Below are positions 11,044-22,658 of a stretch of 30,494 bases of DNA, piece after piece. A program made the translations under genes and the position numbers. Under the pieces are notes generated by a model. That model had not been told where the DNA came from. It did not search any database and saw nothing but the letters and a program-made list of their open reading frames with translations. Where the stretch lies: positions 62,001 to 92,494 of the forward strand of contig NKIB01010603.1 in the NCBI GenBank assembly GCA_002256025.1, in the 5' to 3' direction. How positions within the stretch are numbered: the stretch's first letter is position 1; each line of letters opens with the position of its first letter. The stretch comes from Asterionella formosa (lineage: Eukaryota).

Positions 11044-12360
11044 GGGAAATAAAAACGGTTATATAACATATACAGGTATGCGACTTTGACGGAAGTGCGG
11101 GCTGCTGCACAGCAAGTTGCTACTCCTAGCCGTTTATTGAATGACAGTAGTGATTGTAAGCTAAAGGTCGCTTTTACAGAGAATTATGGGGGACTTGATG
11201 GAAATGGCATACCGGTACCATAGTCATTCCAAGCCAGTCTGAGACAAGAAATACATTGCGCATCTCGCCATACGGATTTCAAGAATACAGACTTTCGGTA
11301 CCTAAATTCAGCCAAACGGATAAGCTATTAATGTGTTAGTAAAACAAGCAAAAATGTAGGAGGCCATCCAGGACAATCATGCCATTGATGGAGCTTGATC
11401 GTCCAACTATAAGGGCGTTCCCGAATCGTATATTCTAGCAAACATTTTGACCGAGGCCGCATCGCACATGGTAGTGCATAAGACGGAGCCGGAGATACAT
11501 TCTGCAGTCGAAAAACTCTCAATACGGGCGAAGTTTTTCCCTCACCTTTCGGAGATCGCCATTTGCTGCTGATTCTCATGACAGCTTGTGCCATTGCTGG
11601 CATGTTATATTATGTGTGGAATAGCCTTTCCATCTCCTTGTTGTCTGGCCAATATATCGCCGCAGCTCTCATTTTGATACCTCATCAAGTGCACGCTATC
11701 GGTTCATTCGAAGAAGAAGAAGAATTCTCAGTCCAAAGACCATGATTTATTCATTTTGAGCATTCTCCTAGTCTATCTATCCATGATGGGTGTAAGTTGT
11801 CTGATATGCAAATGAGATCAATCGATTGCATCCTCAACAAAGAGTTTCAGGAGTATTATGTCATTTTACAGGATTACAATAACCTGTATTATATGTGAAC
11901 TTATCTTTTTACATAAATCCATGGATACTGGTATCATATCTGCCGGTATTGGAATTCCTTGTTTCACATTCCAGTAGAGCTACGATATGATCTACCTGTT
12001 TAAATTTCGGTGGACGCGGTTAGCTCCGAACATTGAATCCGGAGTTTCTGTGAAATCAGATTACCGGTATCTTGCGCGCGTATTTCCGGAAATACGGGTG
12101 CCCTGCAGTGGATAGCAAAAGCATACCTGTACCGGTATCTAGAGTCTGTAGACTACCTAGTATATGTAGTATTAATTAATTTGATGAGTTTGCATGCCTA
12201 AAATACAAATACCGGTACCTGGTACCAGGTACCCACATAAGAATATTACATACCGGCAGTTAGTATCACCACACTAGCCAACAATCACTGTCATTCCATC
12301 ATTGCAGCTATCCACCCTTCAATTCAGTATAGCCAACAGGAAAGCAATCAGTAATCCACA

Positions 12361-14066
12361 ATGCCGCCTCTTATGAATGTTGGTGAAACGCTGCAAGAGC
12401 GCAGCAAGGGCAAAGACGTCCGACTGTCCAACATTGTTGCTGCCAAGGTACGTTTTGTCGGGACTCCCAGCCGCAACCCTCGTAGCCCCTCCTGTACAAT
12501 TTCTACCAGAACAGTCATTGCTAGGGTTCCGCCTCACCCGCTCTCCCACCTCGCTTTCTACAGGCCGTCGCCGCTGCTGTCCGAACGTCTTTGGGGCCCC
12601 GAGGAATGGACAAGTTGATGCAGATGCCCGACGGAGAAGTGCTCATTTCCAACGATGGGGCCACCATTTTGAGTAAGCTCAACGTTTTGCATCCCGCAGC
12701 GAAGATGCTGGTGGAATTGAGTCAATCGCAAGACATTGAAGCTGGCGATGGAACCACCACCGTGGTGGTCTTGGCGGGAGCCTTGTTGGATGCATGTGAG
12801 GCGCTCTTGGGGAAAGGCATTCATCCCACCATGATTGCGACATCCTTCTTGAAAGCAGCTGTCTTTTGCACTCAAACATTAACCAACGTCGCCAAGCCTA
12901 TCAATCTAGCAGACAGAGACTCGTTGCTGAATGCTGTGGAAACGTGTCTTTCCAGCAAAGTCGTGGCGCAAAATAGTGACCTATTGGCGCCGATCGCGGT
13001 GGACAGTGTATTGGGAATTATGGAACAAGTTGACAGTCAGAATGTTGATTTGAGGGACATTCGCCTCGTGGAGCAAATGGGCGGGACTGTTGATGACACA
13101 GAACTTGTGCGGGGACTAGTTTTGCATAAGGGATCTACCAAGACCGCCGGTGGACCCTCTCAAATGCCGAACGCCAAGGTAGCACTCCTACAATACTGCT
13201 TGTCGGCACCAAAGACAGACATGGACAATAACGTGGTCGTTAGTGACTATGCTGCTATGGATCGGATTCTCAGGGAAGAACGCAAGTACATTTTGGGACA
13301 ATGTAAGGCTATTAAAAAATCTGGAGCCAATGTCGTTTTGATTCAAAAGTCCATTCTGAGAGATGCGTACAATGAGTTGAGTCTTCACTTTCTTGCCAAA
13401 ATGGACATTTTGGTTGTTACAGACATTGAACGAACGGACGTTGATTTCATCTGCCGCACACTTGGTTGTATTCCAATTGCTCATCCAGATCAATGTACCA
13501 AAGACAAGCTTGGCGAAGCCGACCATGTCGGTGATGTTGTCATGGACGGTGGTGGTAGCAAAGTCGTCAAGTTTACAGGGGTCAAAAATCCAGGAAAGAC
13601 CATGACAGTCCTCCTTCGGGGATCGAATGATTTGGTTTTGGCAGAAGCCAGCCGATCTCTCCACGATGCACAATGTGTCGTTCGATCCTTAGTCAAACAA
13701 CGAGCTCTCATCGCTGGTGGCGGAGCCGCCGAATGTGAAGCCTCGTTTCAATTGCAAAAGCATTCGCAATCACTCATGGGCATGGACGCTCATTGCATGC
13801 AGGCCTTTTCCGAAGCACTCGAAGTCATCCCATACACTCTGGCAGAGAATGCAGGAATGAAACCGATTGATGTGGTGACAGAATTAAGAAAGCAACATGC
13901 CGAAGGCATTCAGGGGGCTGGTATCAATGTGAAAGCCGGCAAAGTTTCGGACATGTATGACTTGAATGTCATACAACCATTGTTGGTGAGTACGTCGGCA
14001 ATTCAGCTGGCGACTGAAACTGTTTGCATGATTTTGAAAGTAGACGATCTGATTGTGGTCGCTTAG
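12361..14066 (+). CDS. CCT4: T-complex protein 1 subunit delta (CCT4), 2 exons (12361-12447, 12564-14066), 529 aa
   Basis: A 116-nt GT-AG intron (12448-12563) gives DVRLSNIVAAK|AVAAAVRTSLGPRGMDK. Motifs: NDGATIL, GDGTTT, delta-typical LIQKSILRDA and MDRILREERKY. Confidence 0.96.
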
Positions 14067-14320
14067 AGACAAACAAGAAGGCGACGCCGATTTGCTAAAT
14101 ACAGTTCTTCAGATGACTGTCTAAGTGAACACAATGAAAGTAGTTTATTGATACTTAAAATAGTGAAGAATCGTTCATTATGTTGAATTTAATCGGCTTG
14201 GCATTAAGAATGCTATACTACTTGATGGGGTTGTCAATTTTATGTTATGTTTACAAGTTGTTTTCAGTAGAGATGGTTTGATTCTGAAGGGAGGTTTTTT
14301 GTCGTATGTTTGACTTAACG

Positions 14321-15487
14321 CTACTCTAGTGGTGGTTGTTTCCAAGCATACTCTTCGTGATAGGCCCCGAGATCTTCGTCCAGATCAATATAATCACAGC
14401 TTCCGGTACAGGTGTAAATACAAATGGTTCCCCAATCGAGCTCACTCTTAAGGAGATTTGCTTGAATCTTGCCCAGTTGCTCGTCCTGTCGCTGCTTTAG
14501 CATGGGAGGTACTGATTGTGCTTGTTCTACAATGGAAGCCGCTGCCATGAGGGCCTCCTTGGCTAGTTTAGATGGTGTCTGCTGCTGCGATGTACGATCT
14601 TGCAAGAGATAGTGTAACATTTGCGGCATGATTTGGCATTCAAAGCGACGTGTAGCTCCGCAACGACAGTCTGGAATAATGCTAGGCATGGAATCGGACC
14701 GAATCCACAGTTCAGAATTCTCCTGCCACTTGCTGTATCTTAAACACTGTTCTTTGGCGTTTTGTATTCGAGCATAGAAATCCGTGGTGGTTACATCTTC
14801 CGTGGTGGTCTTCGTTGCTCCAGTCATGGCGTTGAGGTCGCCTTGTTCCAAGTCTTCGTCCGAGTCATCATCATTCTCTGTACTTTCAAATAGAGCCTGA
14901 CGATCTTCTCGCTCTTGCTCCGACTGTTGTGGTTCATCTTCTACAACCAATTCGTGCATCGAGAAACATGAGGGTAACCAAGGTTTGTTCGAGTATGTCT
15001 TGTACTCTCGTTGATGGTACTTCCCACAAAAGTACATGCCCTGCAGCGGACATTTTCCCTTGCCTCGCTGTCCACACACGGCACAAAGCGAGACCCCGTG
15101 GTTCTCCGGCAAGTGCCGTGAGACGCTCTCGCTCTCTTCTGGATAAAAGGGATTGTCCATTGGCAGTTGCACTCGCAGCACACGGACGGATCCTTCGGTC
15201 TGGGGCACACATTCCGGTCGAGGACATGCAAAGATGTATAGCGATCGGTGGAAGGCGGAACCATCTCCTGGAGCGTATAGCTGACAAATGAAGGTCAACG
15301 GGGTGGCACAACAGCGGCAGGTAAGTGGTTCCAATGGCAGATCCTTGGGTTGCAGCCAACTGGGACGGCCTCCGACTTGCCCCCCATCCCAAGCGTTCCA
15401 GTCGGCAGAGCGATGAGCTACTGAATTCAAGTCAGATATGGGTTCGCAAAAGCCGAGATGTAGGAGCGTTGCATGTGGTTCCGTCAT
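14321..15487 (-). CDS. PDCD2: Programmed cell death protein 2 / TSR4-like uS5 chaperone (PDCD2 N-domain, MYND-like finger, PDCD2_C), 388 aa
   Basis: LGF, VGGRPSWL, CxxC...FICQLYAP, FHRSLYIFAC, VRVLRVQLP, CAVCG...C...FCGKYHQ, QCLRY, FECQIMPQML and LDWGTICIYTC. The start is set at the first in-frame ATG (15487), not the track's non-ATG start at 15664. Confidence 0.92.
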   Translation of the reverse strand: MTEPHATLLHLGFCEPISDLNSVAHRSADWNAWDGGQVGGRPSWLQPKDLPLEPLTCRCCATPLTFICQLYAPGDGSAFHRSLYIFACPRPECVPQTEGSVRVLRVQLPMDNPFYPEESESVSRHLPENHGVSLCAVCGQRGKGKCPLQGMYFCGKYHQREYKTYSNKPWLPSCFSMHELVVEDEPQQSEQEREDRQALFESTENDDDSDEDLEQGDLNAMTGATKTTTEDVTTTDFYARIQNAKEQCLRYSKWQENSELWIRSDSMPSIIPDCRCGATRRFECQIMPQMLHYLLQDRTSQQQTPSKLAKEALMAAASIVEQAQSVPPMLKQRQDEQLGKIQANLLKSELDWGTICIYTCTGSCDYIDLDEDLGAYHEEYAWKQPPLE

Positions 15488-15692
15488 GATGGTGTGCTTC
15501 TCTATTTCCGGTACGCGAAAAATATATTTTTTAAGATAGCAGTGGTACTGGTAGTGCGAATGGTGATTACCGGTAGCTAAGAATGATGATGGAGTCAAAA
15601 GAGTATTGGCAAGGCGCGAACCTAGCGTCAATTTACTTTCATTGGTTGGTGGAGGTAGCCGCACATGCTTGGACCAAGATGGGTGTTTACCA

Positions 15693-15781
15693 GCAAGTTG
15701 CGGTCATTTTGCTTAACTAACAATTTAATCTGGGATAAAGATATCTAAATCTTTAGTTTCAGCAAAATTACCGCAACTTGC
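15693..15781. repeat. Imperfect inverted repeat (about 28-bp arms), hairpin
   Basis: gcaagttgcggtcattttgcttaactaa (15693-15720) versus the reverse complement of ttagtttcagcaaaattaccgcaacttgc (15753-15781). Confidence 0.8.
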
Positions 15782-16289
15782 AGGTACATCTGGCAGTATA
15801 TTCTTAGGTACTCCAGTGATTCAGTACCAGTCGTATCTTGTAGTCTTATTTGTTTGGCTTTCTCGATCTGGGGGGCTGACAATCCGCGCCAGGAGCTTCG
15901 TTTGTGTATCTTTGATGTGCGGTGCATGAATGCATGCATGATCAAGCCTGATGTAATTCATGTTGATGCAAAGCGACCGCGACGAAGAGCGAGGCGAACC
16001 AACAGGAACGACCAGTGTCACTGTATCATACACACACAAAATAAAATGCTTGTAGTAAATCAAGAACGGACAAGGCAGACAGGCAGTGTGTACTGGCATT
16101 ATCCTAATTCAAAGTGATAATCTATATGATAAAGCATGAGAACAGTAGTCATGTGCTGTTCGGGAGTATGGATCTAATATCAACTCTACCGGTAGTCTAC
16201 ATATTTTATAAATATCTACAATTGGCAGCACAGTGGGAAAAGGGTTGAAGGGTAAGCAAGGCGAACAAGTCGAAAATCATTACTAGTAG

Positions 16290-18446
16290 TTAGAGCATCG
16301 ATCGTCGTCCTTGTCTGTGCATTCCTTTCTTGTAAAATTCTTGTACCGTGATACCCGACTTGACGCAGGTCACCAACAAGTTGCTAGGTTGAAAGTAAGC
16401 GCTACCGGGGAATTGCTGATGCCATTCTTGCAGCTTTTGCAACAAGTATTCCAAACCCACTTCTTCATCGGCCCAAAACATGGGACCTCCCCTCCAGGCT
16501 GGCCATCCGTAGCCATACAAATAGACCACGTCAATATCAGATGGTTTTTGAGCAATACCTTCCTCCAGAATTTTAAAACCTTCATTGACCAAGGGAAACA
16601 AAATCTGCTCTATAATCTCTTGACTGGACAAGGGATGTCTTGGATTAGGAGGTATGAATCGATCAATAAAGGCCTTCATGTCCTTGCTATGCATTCCCTT
16701 GCGACCCTTACCAATCTTGGGATCATAGTCATACCATCCCTTGCCAGCCTTGTGTCCAATCCTCCCCAACTCCGTCACCATGGCATCTCCAAGTTCAGTA
16801 TATCTACCAGGTCGATTTCTTCCCACCTCTTTTGTTTCGTCGTCCCTTGTCCATTTTCGTTCCTTCCGAATAAAATAACCGATATCATTTCCTGCCAAAT
16901 CTGACATTTGCAAGGGTCCTAACGCCATCCCAAATTCGCCTTGGAGCGCTCCATCAATGGCTTCAATAGTGGCGACACCTTCTGCTAACAACAAGACAGC
17001 TTCACTTGTGTATGGATTCAGCATGCGATTTCCGACAAAGCCATCACAATTGCCCACAGTCACACCAATTTTACCAATTCTTTTCGTAAGGACTTGGAGA
17101 ATGCTAGTTGTTTCTTGAGATGTGTCGCTTCCAACGACAATTTCCACCAGTTTCATAATATGAGCTGGTGAAAAGTAGTGCCATCCAGCACAGAATCCAC
17201 GCCGGTTAGGACTCAAGGCAGATGCAATTTCGTCAATCGATAGAGTGGACGTGTTGGACAGGAGCAAACAGGTGGGAATAGTAATCGTGTCAAGTTGCGA
17301 AAATATTTTCTTCTTGATGATTAAATTTTCCACCACGGCTTCCACAACCAGTTGAACCTGGCACAAATCTTGAAGTTTGATTGATCCCTTCAAGTTAGCC
17401 TTGAAGGTGGCAGCCTGAATAGGACTCCATTTGTTCTTTTTGACATTCCCTTCAATTTGTTGATCAAGAAAGGCCATGCCTTTTTCCAAGGCACCCTCAT
17501 TAATATCACACAACAAGACTGAATATCCCGCTTGTAACAGCACCATTGCAATTCCAGATCCCATAAGGCCAGCTCCAACTACCCCTACAGGACAACGAGA
17601 CGTCGCTAGCAACGGACAGTCTTTCGGTGGTGCCAAGGTCGATTTTTGTGCCGCCCTTACTGCAAAAAATGCATGCCGTCGTGCTTTTCCTTGAGCCGAA
17701 AGGAGCGTTTGATAAAAAAGCTCCGACTCAATCTGCTGACCATTTTGTTTGGTACATGCTTCCACAGCGTCCAGAGCCGCCTGCAAGCCTTCCGCCCCCA
17801 ACTTTGGCAATTGGTGTCGGACTGCCAGACACGTCAATCGGACCTGCTTTGGGTCCAGGTTTGTGTCCATGATTCGTACCAAGGGAAGGTGCGTCGCCCA
17901 CTGTGCCCATTGCGTCGCATATTCCAGCAGCATCACTCCCTCCTTGGGCAAGAGTGCATCCACTAGCTTCCACTCTGCTGCCTCTGCGCCGCGGATCTGC
18001 TTGCCCTGCAGAATGACTTGCAACGCCCGCTCGATGCCAATCAGTCTAGGCAGCCGCTGCGTTCCTCCGGCTCCTGGAATGACGCCCACCGAAACTTCTG
18101 GGAGTCCCAGTTTGGCTGCATCGGTACAGACTCGATAGTGACAGGCCAAGGCCAATTCGAGGCCGCCGCCGAGTGCAACACCATCAATCGCAGCCACAAC
18201 CGGCTTGGGGTAGGCTTCGATGTAAGCGACTAGATCAAGGAGCGACAGAACATCGCTGGCAGGTAGTTGGCTGAATTCAGTAAGATCCGCGCCAGCACTG
18301 AAATTGGCTCCTCCGAACAAGACGATGGAGGAAACGGAGGAATCGTCCTTGGCCTCCTGCAGCGAAACATGAATTTGACTCCGCGTGGTGGCGCCTAGAG
18401 GATTGAGGCGCCCGTCTCCGAAACGAATGACTTGTGTCATGGACAT
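16290..18446 (-). CDS. EHHADH: Peroxisomal bifunctional enzyme: enoyl-CoA hydratase / 3-hydroxyacyl-CoA dehydrogenase (718 aa)
   Basis: Crotonase motifs FSAGADL, ALGGGLELALACHYR and LGLPEVSVGVIPGAGGTQRLPRLIG. HAD motifs VVGAGLMGSGIA, EAVVE, SNTSTL, HYFSPA and GFVGNR. The C-terminal -SML is a PTS1-type tripeptide. Confidence 0.95.
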   Translation of the reverse strand: MSMTQVIRFGDGRLNPLGATTRSQIHVSLQEAKDDSSVSSIVLFGGANFSAGADLTEFSQLPASDVLSLLDLVAYIEAYPKPVVAAIDGVALGGGLELALACHYRVCTDAAKLGLPEVSVGVIPGAGGTQRLPRLIGIERALQVILQGKQIRGAEAAEWKLVDALLPKEGVMLLEYATQWAQWATHLPLVRIMDTNLDPKQVRLTCLAVRHQLPKLGAEGLQAALDAVEACTKQNGQQIESELFYQTLLSAQGKARRHAFFAVRAAQKSTLAPPKDCPLLATSRCPVGVVGAGLMGSGIAMVLLQAGYSVLLCDINEGALEKGMAFLDQQIEGNVKKNKWSPIQAATFKANLKGSIKLQDLCQVQLVVEAVVENLIIKKKIFSQLDTITIPTCLLLSNTSTLSIDEIASALSPNRRGFCAGWHYFSPAHIMKLVEIVVGSDTSQETTSILQVLTKRIGKIGVTVGNCDGFVGNRMLNPYTSEAVLLLAEGVATIEAIDGALQGEFGMALGPLQMSDLAGNDIGYFIRKERKWTRDDETKEVGRNRPGRYTELGDAMVTELGRIGHKAGKGWYDYDPKIGKGRKGMHSKDMKAFIDRFIPPNPRHPLSSQEIIEQILFPLVNEGFKILEEGIAQKPSDIDVVYLYGYGWPAWRGGPMFWADEEVGLEYLLQKLQEWHQQFPGSAYFQPSNLLVTCVKSGITVQEFYKKGMHRQGRRSML

Positions 18447-18479
18447 TCGCCCTCTTGATTGCGATGGGAAGTGACTGGA

Positions 18480-18507
18480 CTGTGCTGTGCTGTGCTGTGC
18501 TGTGCTG
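18480..18507. repeat. (CTGTG)n pentanucleotide microsatellite just upstream of the bifunctional enzyme start
   Basis: ctgtgctgtgctgtgctgtgctgtgctg read directly. Confidence 0.9.
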
Positions 18508-19035
18508 AGACAGTGGAATCACAAGCAGAGGGAGGGAGTGTTGAGTGGATAGTCTGCACTGGTAGCATCAGGTAGTATTGATACGACCAGGACATGCATG
18601 CTCGAATTGATTATGTTGGGGTCAGTTCTTCGATATATTCATACCGGTAAATATACAGGACGATACGGTAAATACGGTATGCATGCCATGTACCTGGGCT
18701 GTAGTGGGATACCGGTATTTGTTAGATGCCGTCAAAGTCAAGTACATAGGCTAGAAACGGTCTATGTATACCTACTTATCATAGTATTTGTATTCCGGAA
18801 AGTTCTATGTAAGTTCATACATACACATGATCGATTATTTATAAATCTGCTAAATAATTTTACACATTACCCCGAGGGGGCACGTCAACAAGATGTCATT
18901 CGTACTTCAATCAATTGTCGCACAACGATGCTTTCATTCATGGTGCATTTTATGCATACATAAGCACACCGGTATGCGTATGAAGATGAAAGCATTACCC
19001 ACATCCATCACACCGAGCAGATAGCCATCAGCTGC

Positions 19036-20096
19036 ATGCCCGCGAACATGTCGGCAAAACCGCAAGGTTTACAACATCCCAAATCTGCCCCTCCTCCACT
19101 CCATTCCGTTCTACTAATTGGCGTATTCGTAGCCGCATCCCTTGCGGTTCTTCCTGCCATCGAAACATTGGATCAAGATGCTTCAGTTCAAATGTTTACC
19201 AACCGAGTCTTTCCTGAAGCCATGTCTGTGTCTGCACTTGCCTACGTGAGGCTAGCCATCGCAATCTTCATCTTTGCCCTGACTTCTCATACCACGTTCA
19301 TTGGGAAAGGGTAAGTCAATGCACAGATACGGCATGCTTTTTAAGGAGGAGGGTGTGTGTAACTTGTGCTAACTAAGACTCTCGTACTCTATCGCGGCGA
19401 TACCTCAGTTGGTCCAAAATGACACGTTATATGCCCCGTTCCAAGTTAAAATCGGTGAAAATACAAATAACAGGCTTGAAAACACAGTTTCCCTTTACAT
19501 CATGGTCTTGGAACCTGTTGGGTGTTAGCTTTGGATTAAATGCATATATTGCCTTCCTCGCTGCCACGCACAACCATATTTCCCCATGGCTGTTGCGAAC
19601 GGCACTGTTAACGTTTGAAACCGCTGTTCCTTGTGCACTACTTGTATCTTCCGTGGTGAGGTATGTCATTTGGCCCAACGTTTTGAAGCAAGGTGGTTCG
19701 GCCAAAGGGTTGAAACATCCTCGTGCCCTACTTATGCACAATGCCAACGTCATTTTGGCCCTGACAGAACTGAGCCTTCTGGGGGGACCTCCCATATATT
19801 TCTCACATGCTAGTATGGCACCCTTATTTGGAATCACGTATGTGATATTCACATGGTGTACAACTAAGTGGTGGGCACCCGACATTCATGGACCACAATT
19901 CTTTTACTTTTTTCTAGATACGACCTTGGGCACCACAACGAGTTTGGCACTACTGGTGCTGTTGGCAGTTTTGATGATCTTTTATGCTCTAGTGTCTTTT
20001 GCGCGGACAGTGTTGGCCAGTTTGGGTGGTGGTGTATTGGTTCATCTCTTATTTGTTGCTTTGCTTTCAGCGGGAGTGTGTAGAGTTAATGATTAG
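19036..20096 (+). CDS. Multi-pass membrane protein, possibly FAR-17a/AIG1 or rolling-stone-like; 2 exons (19036-19310, 19409-20096)
   Basis: A 98-nt intron GTAAGT...CTAAC...CAG (19311-19408) fuses the two ORFs in frame (FIGK-G-WSKMTRY). There are many hydrophobic helices and the motifs FTSWSW, LMHNAN, YVIF and FYFFLD. The family is an inference. Confidence 0.8.
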
Positions 20097-21021
20097 GAGA
20101 GACCACTGGCAGTATGGGATGCTATCTATGTCAGACCAGTACCTGCACATGTAGTCTACCAGTATCATCAGGATTATGATATCTCTCGACTATTGTATAG
20201 AAAGGCTACAACGAATAAGCCTTGTTTTTGTGTGTTTGTGTACATGGAACCAACTCCCCAGCATGCTCAAAGTTCCTGGCTAGTATGATCCTTTGTCGAC
20301 TGGCTGAGTGACGATCACAAGAAATGCAACGTACATATATAAGCTTGAAACATACCACCGGGGATAGCTCTCCAATAGCTAGAGTGTAAAGTAGATCTAC
20401 CAGAGTTCCCGGTATGAAATATCGACAACAGCTAAGCTGGAAGGTCTGGCAAAACACTTCTTTACTTAGGAAAAGATTTAGCTATATATTTCAATTATCG
20501 GACCTTCCTCTAGTCCTGCCTTCGCTGGTTATTTCGATGCCAGTTCAATTTACACTCGTATTGGTCGAATTTTTTCGTACCTACACATTCCTGTCGTCAT
20601 GAGTACCAGGTACCAGGTAGTATCGGCGCTGTTCGCTCATCATTTCCAGAATCGATCATGCTTCTTTCTTCTTGGTGCAATGCTGGCTGATGATCCTGGT
20701 CCTCACGTCATGCAAAATACTCCTCAGCCAAATGGTACATAGGTCTACAGGCAGTATAGTACCTGCTACATAAAATGCAATCATGCATCATCAAGATATA
20801 TTATACCGTAGTCTACCAACGGTATGTACCGGTCTGATTTTATCATGTAACACTACCTGGTACCTGGTACCAGGGTACTGGTAGTGGTATTAGGAGAGTC
20901 TACTTTGACCATCAAGGCTGATTACCGGCTCAGAGAACATTCCATTCATTGCTCGTCTCGTCACCTGAGTGATGACATTAATTCTCTTGCTTCCCCCACT
21001 TCGTCAACACAATTCAACAGC

Positions 21022-21494
21022 ATGGGAGCTGCTCAATCTGCCTTCACGCCGATGAGGACTCGAATGGAGCCAGAAGGAATTCCTCGACAAATTGAGCCTC
21101 CGAAACAAATCCTGAATGAATCGGGAGAACAGAGGTTGTATCGAAAGGTGAGTTGGTTCCCGCCGTTCTCATACGAATGTGAGGCCAGATTGTTACGAAA
21201 TTACACACTCACGAACCATTATCATTCTAGTTTGCGTCCCAACCCCTCATTCCCATTGGCTGTATGTTCACAGTGTACTACTTGGGCTCTGGTATTAAAT
21301 CATTCTACAATAGGGATTCGGCTAGGTCACAGAAGATGATGCGAGCTCGTGTTGCAGCTCAGTTCATGACACTAGCGATGTTTGTTGGGTACACTGGTCT
21401 CAATGAGTTCGACTGGACCATTGCACCCATGTACCAGCGATCGAAACAACGGGAAGCTGCGATCAAAGCGAAGGACGAAGGAACGCCGAATTAA
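21022..21494 (+). CDS. HIG1-domain mitochondrial protein (Rcf1/HIGD-like), 2 exons (21022-21147, 21231-21494), 129 aa
   Basis: An 83-nt intron GTGAGT...TAG (21148-21230) gives QRLYRK|FASQPLIPIG...LGSGIKSF...SQKMMRARVAAQFMTL, the HIG1 signature. Confidence 0.9.
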
Positions 21495-21988
21495 ATTTTG
21501 GATTGGAGTATGGAAGATCAGTCCTCATGGTTTAACTTGTACATGTAATCACATATAGTAGCATCTCGGTGACGATTTATTATTACCTTGGCCCGTGATT
21601 CTTTCGATCTATGGTGCTCCTTCAAGTTGAAACAACACATTCACTCTATAAGCAGGTTAGTAGTTTCTCGATGCATTTTCATTTCCCAACAGAGCCATAG
21701 TTCATCCAATAAGTGGCTCGTTTCCGGCTTCCAAAAGTGCCTTATGTTGGAAGCCATTCGATCTTAATCTGGTGCCTTAAGTATCCTTCCTTGAAGGATT
21801 TGGAACTGCAACAGTAAGCCAATGCTGTGAAAAATGCTGCGTCTAGGTGGCTCTCCCTGAAGGCTCAATATTTATTTCTCTTTCCCACAGGTGCATATCC
21901 ATTACATATGTTCTTACTTGCTAGTAGTACTCACTAGTACCACTTACTTTCCTCTTCTAGCTTTCCTGCTAGATAAACTAATTGACCA

Positions 21989-22032
21989 TTCTATCAATTA
22001 ACACTCTTCTATCAATTAACACTCTTCAATCA
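21989..22032. repeat. 18-bp tandem repeat, about 2.5 copies
   Basis: ttctatcaattaacactc x2 followed by ttcaatcaatt. Confidence 0.8.
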
Positions 22033-22411
22033 ATTGCTAATTCTCAAATTAGTGACCTAAACTAATTGTTCCCTTCACATGATCGTGCTTCTCACAAGAC
22101 ATTCAAAGAATCTCTTCAAATTTCCACGTTAAAAGACTGCCATTTGATATCCATAGAAGTCGTCAATCATCAATCTCATTATAGCCGGCTGAATGGGGTG
22201 GCAACACCCAACCTTTTACAAGCTAAAAGACCTTTTTACACTACCGGTATGTACTTACCAAGTAAATGATGGACTAGGGCGTACATACCGTATATAGATG
22301 AATTAGAAGATCAAGTACTTCTATCTAATGTATAGCGGCAATCCAGTTTTTCATTTTTTATATGAACTACTGTGCAAACATAGAGTACCGGTAGGTTTTA
22401 ATCCAGGTACC

Positions 22412-22573
22412 GGTACCTCTGGTGCCCGACAGTAAAATACCGATACCGGTACTTCATTCCACCAACGCTGGTGACACGGTGCAAAAGGATACCTGGTACC
22501 GCTGGTGCCCGACAGTAAAATACCGATACCGGTATTTCATTCCACCAACGCTGGTGACACGGTGCAAAAGGAT
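22412..22573. repeat. 79-bp direct duplication (83-bp period) of the tRNA 3' trailer
   Basis: ggtacc(t/g)ctggtgcccgacagtaaaataccgataccggta(c/t)ttcattccaccaacgctggtgacacggtgcaaaaggat at 22412-22490 and 22495-22573, with 2 mismatches. Confidence 0.95.
22566..22569 (-). terminator. RNA polymerase III T4 terminator of tRNA-Leu
   Basis: The minus strand reads TCCTTTT immediately after the tRNA discriminator base. Confidence 0.6.
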
Positions 22574-22658
22574 GCAGCCAGCGGGGTTCGAACCCGCGCG
22601 GGCGGGAATGCCCAGTAGGTCTTAAGCCTAACGCCTTAGACCACTCGGCCATAGCTGC
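22573..22658 (-). tRNA. trnL-UAA: tRNA-Leu (anticodon UAA), long variable arm, no intron
   Basis: Minus strand: GCAGCTA TG GCCGAGTGGTCTAAGGC G TTAGG CTTAAGA CCTAC TGGGCATTCCCGCCCGC GCGGG TTCGAAC CCCGC TGGCTGC A. The acceptor, D, anticodon (one mismatch), variable and T arms all fold. CCA is not encoded. Confidence 0.95.

Noticed and set aside
11328..11745. Short ORFs between the Lin0512 gene and CCT4
   Set aside because: No recognisable homology or consistent splice structure.
15488..15664. 59-aa N-terminal extension of PDCD2 in the ORF track
   Set aside because: It has a non-ATG start and contains the intergenic TACCGGTA word. Family similarity begins just after Met at 15487.
21660..21870. 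Possible second LINE 3' fragment on the minus strand (QILQGRI..., LDELWLCW)
   Set aside because: The resemblance is too short and degenerate to support without a search.
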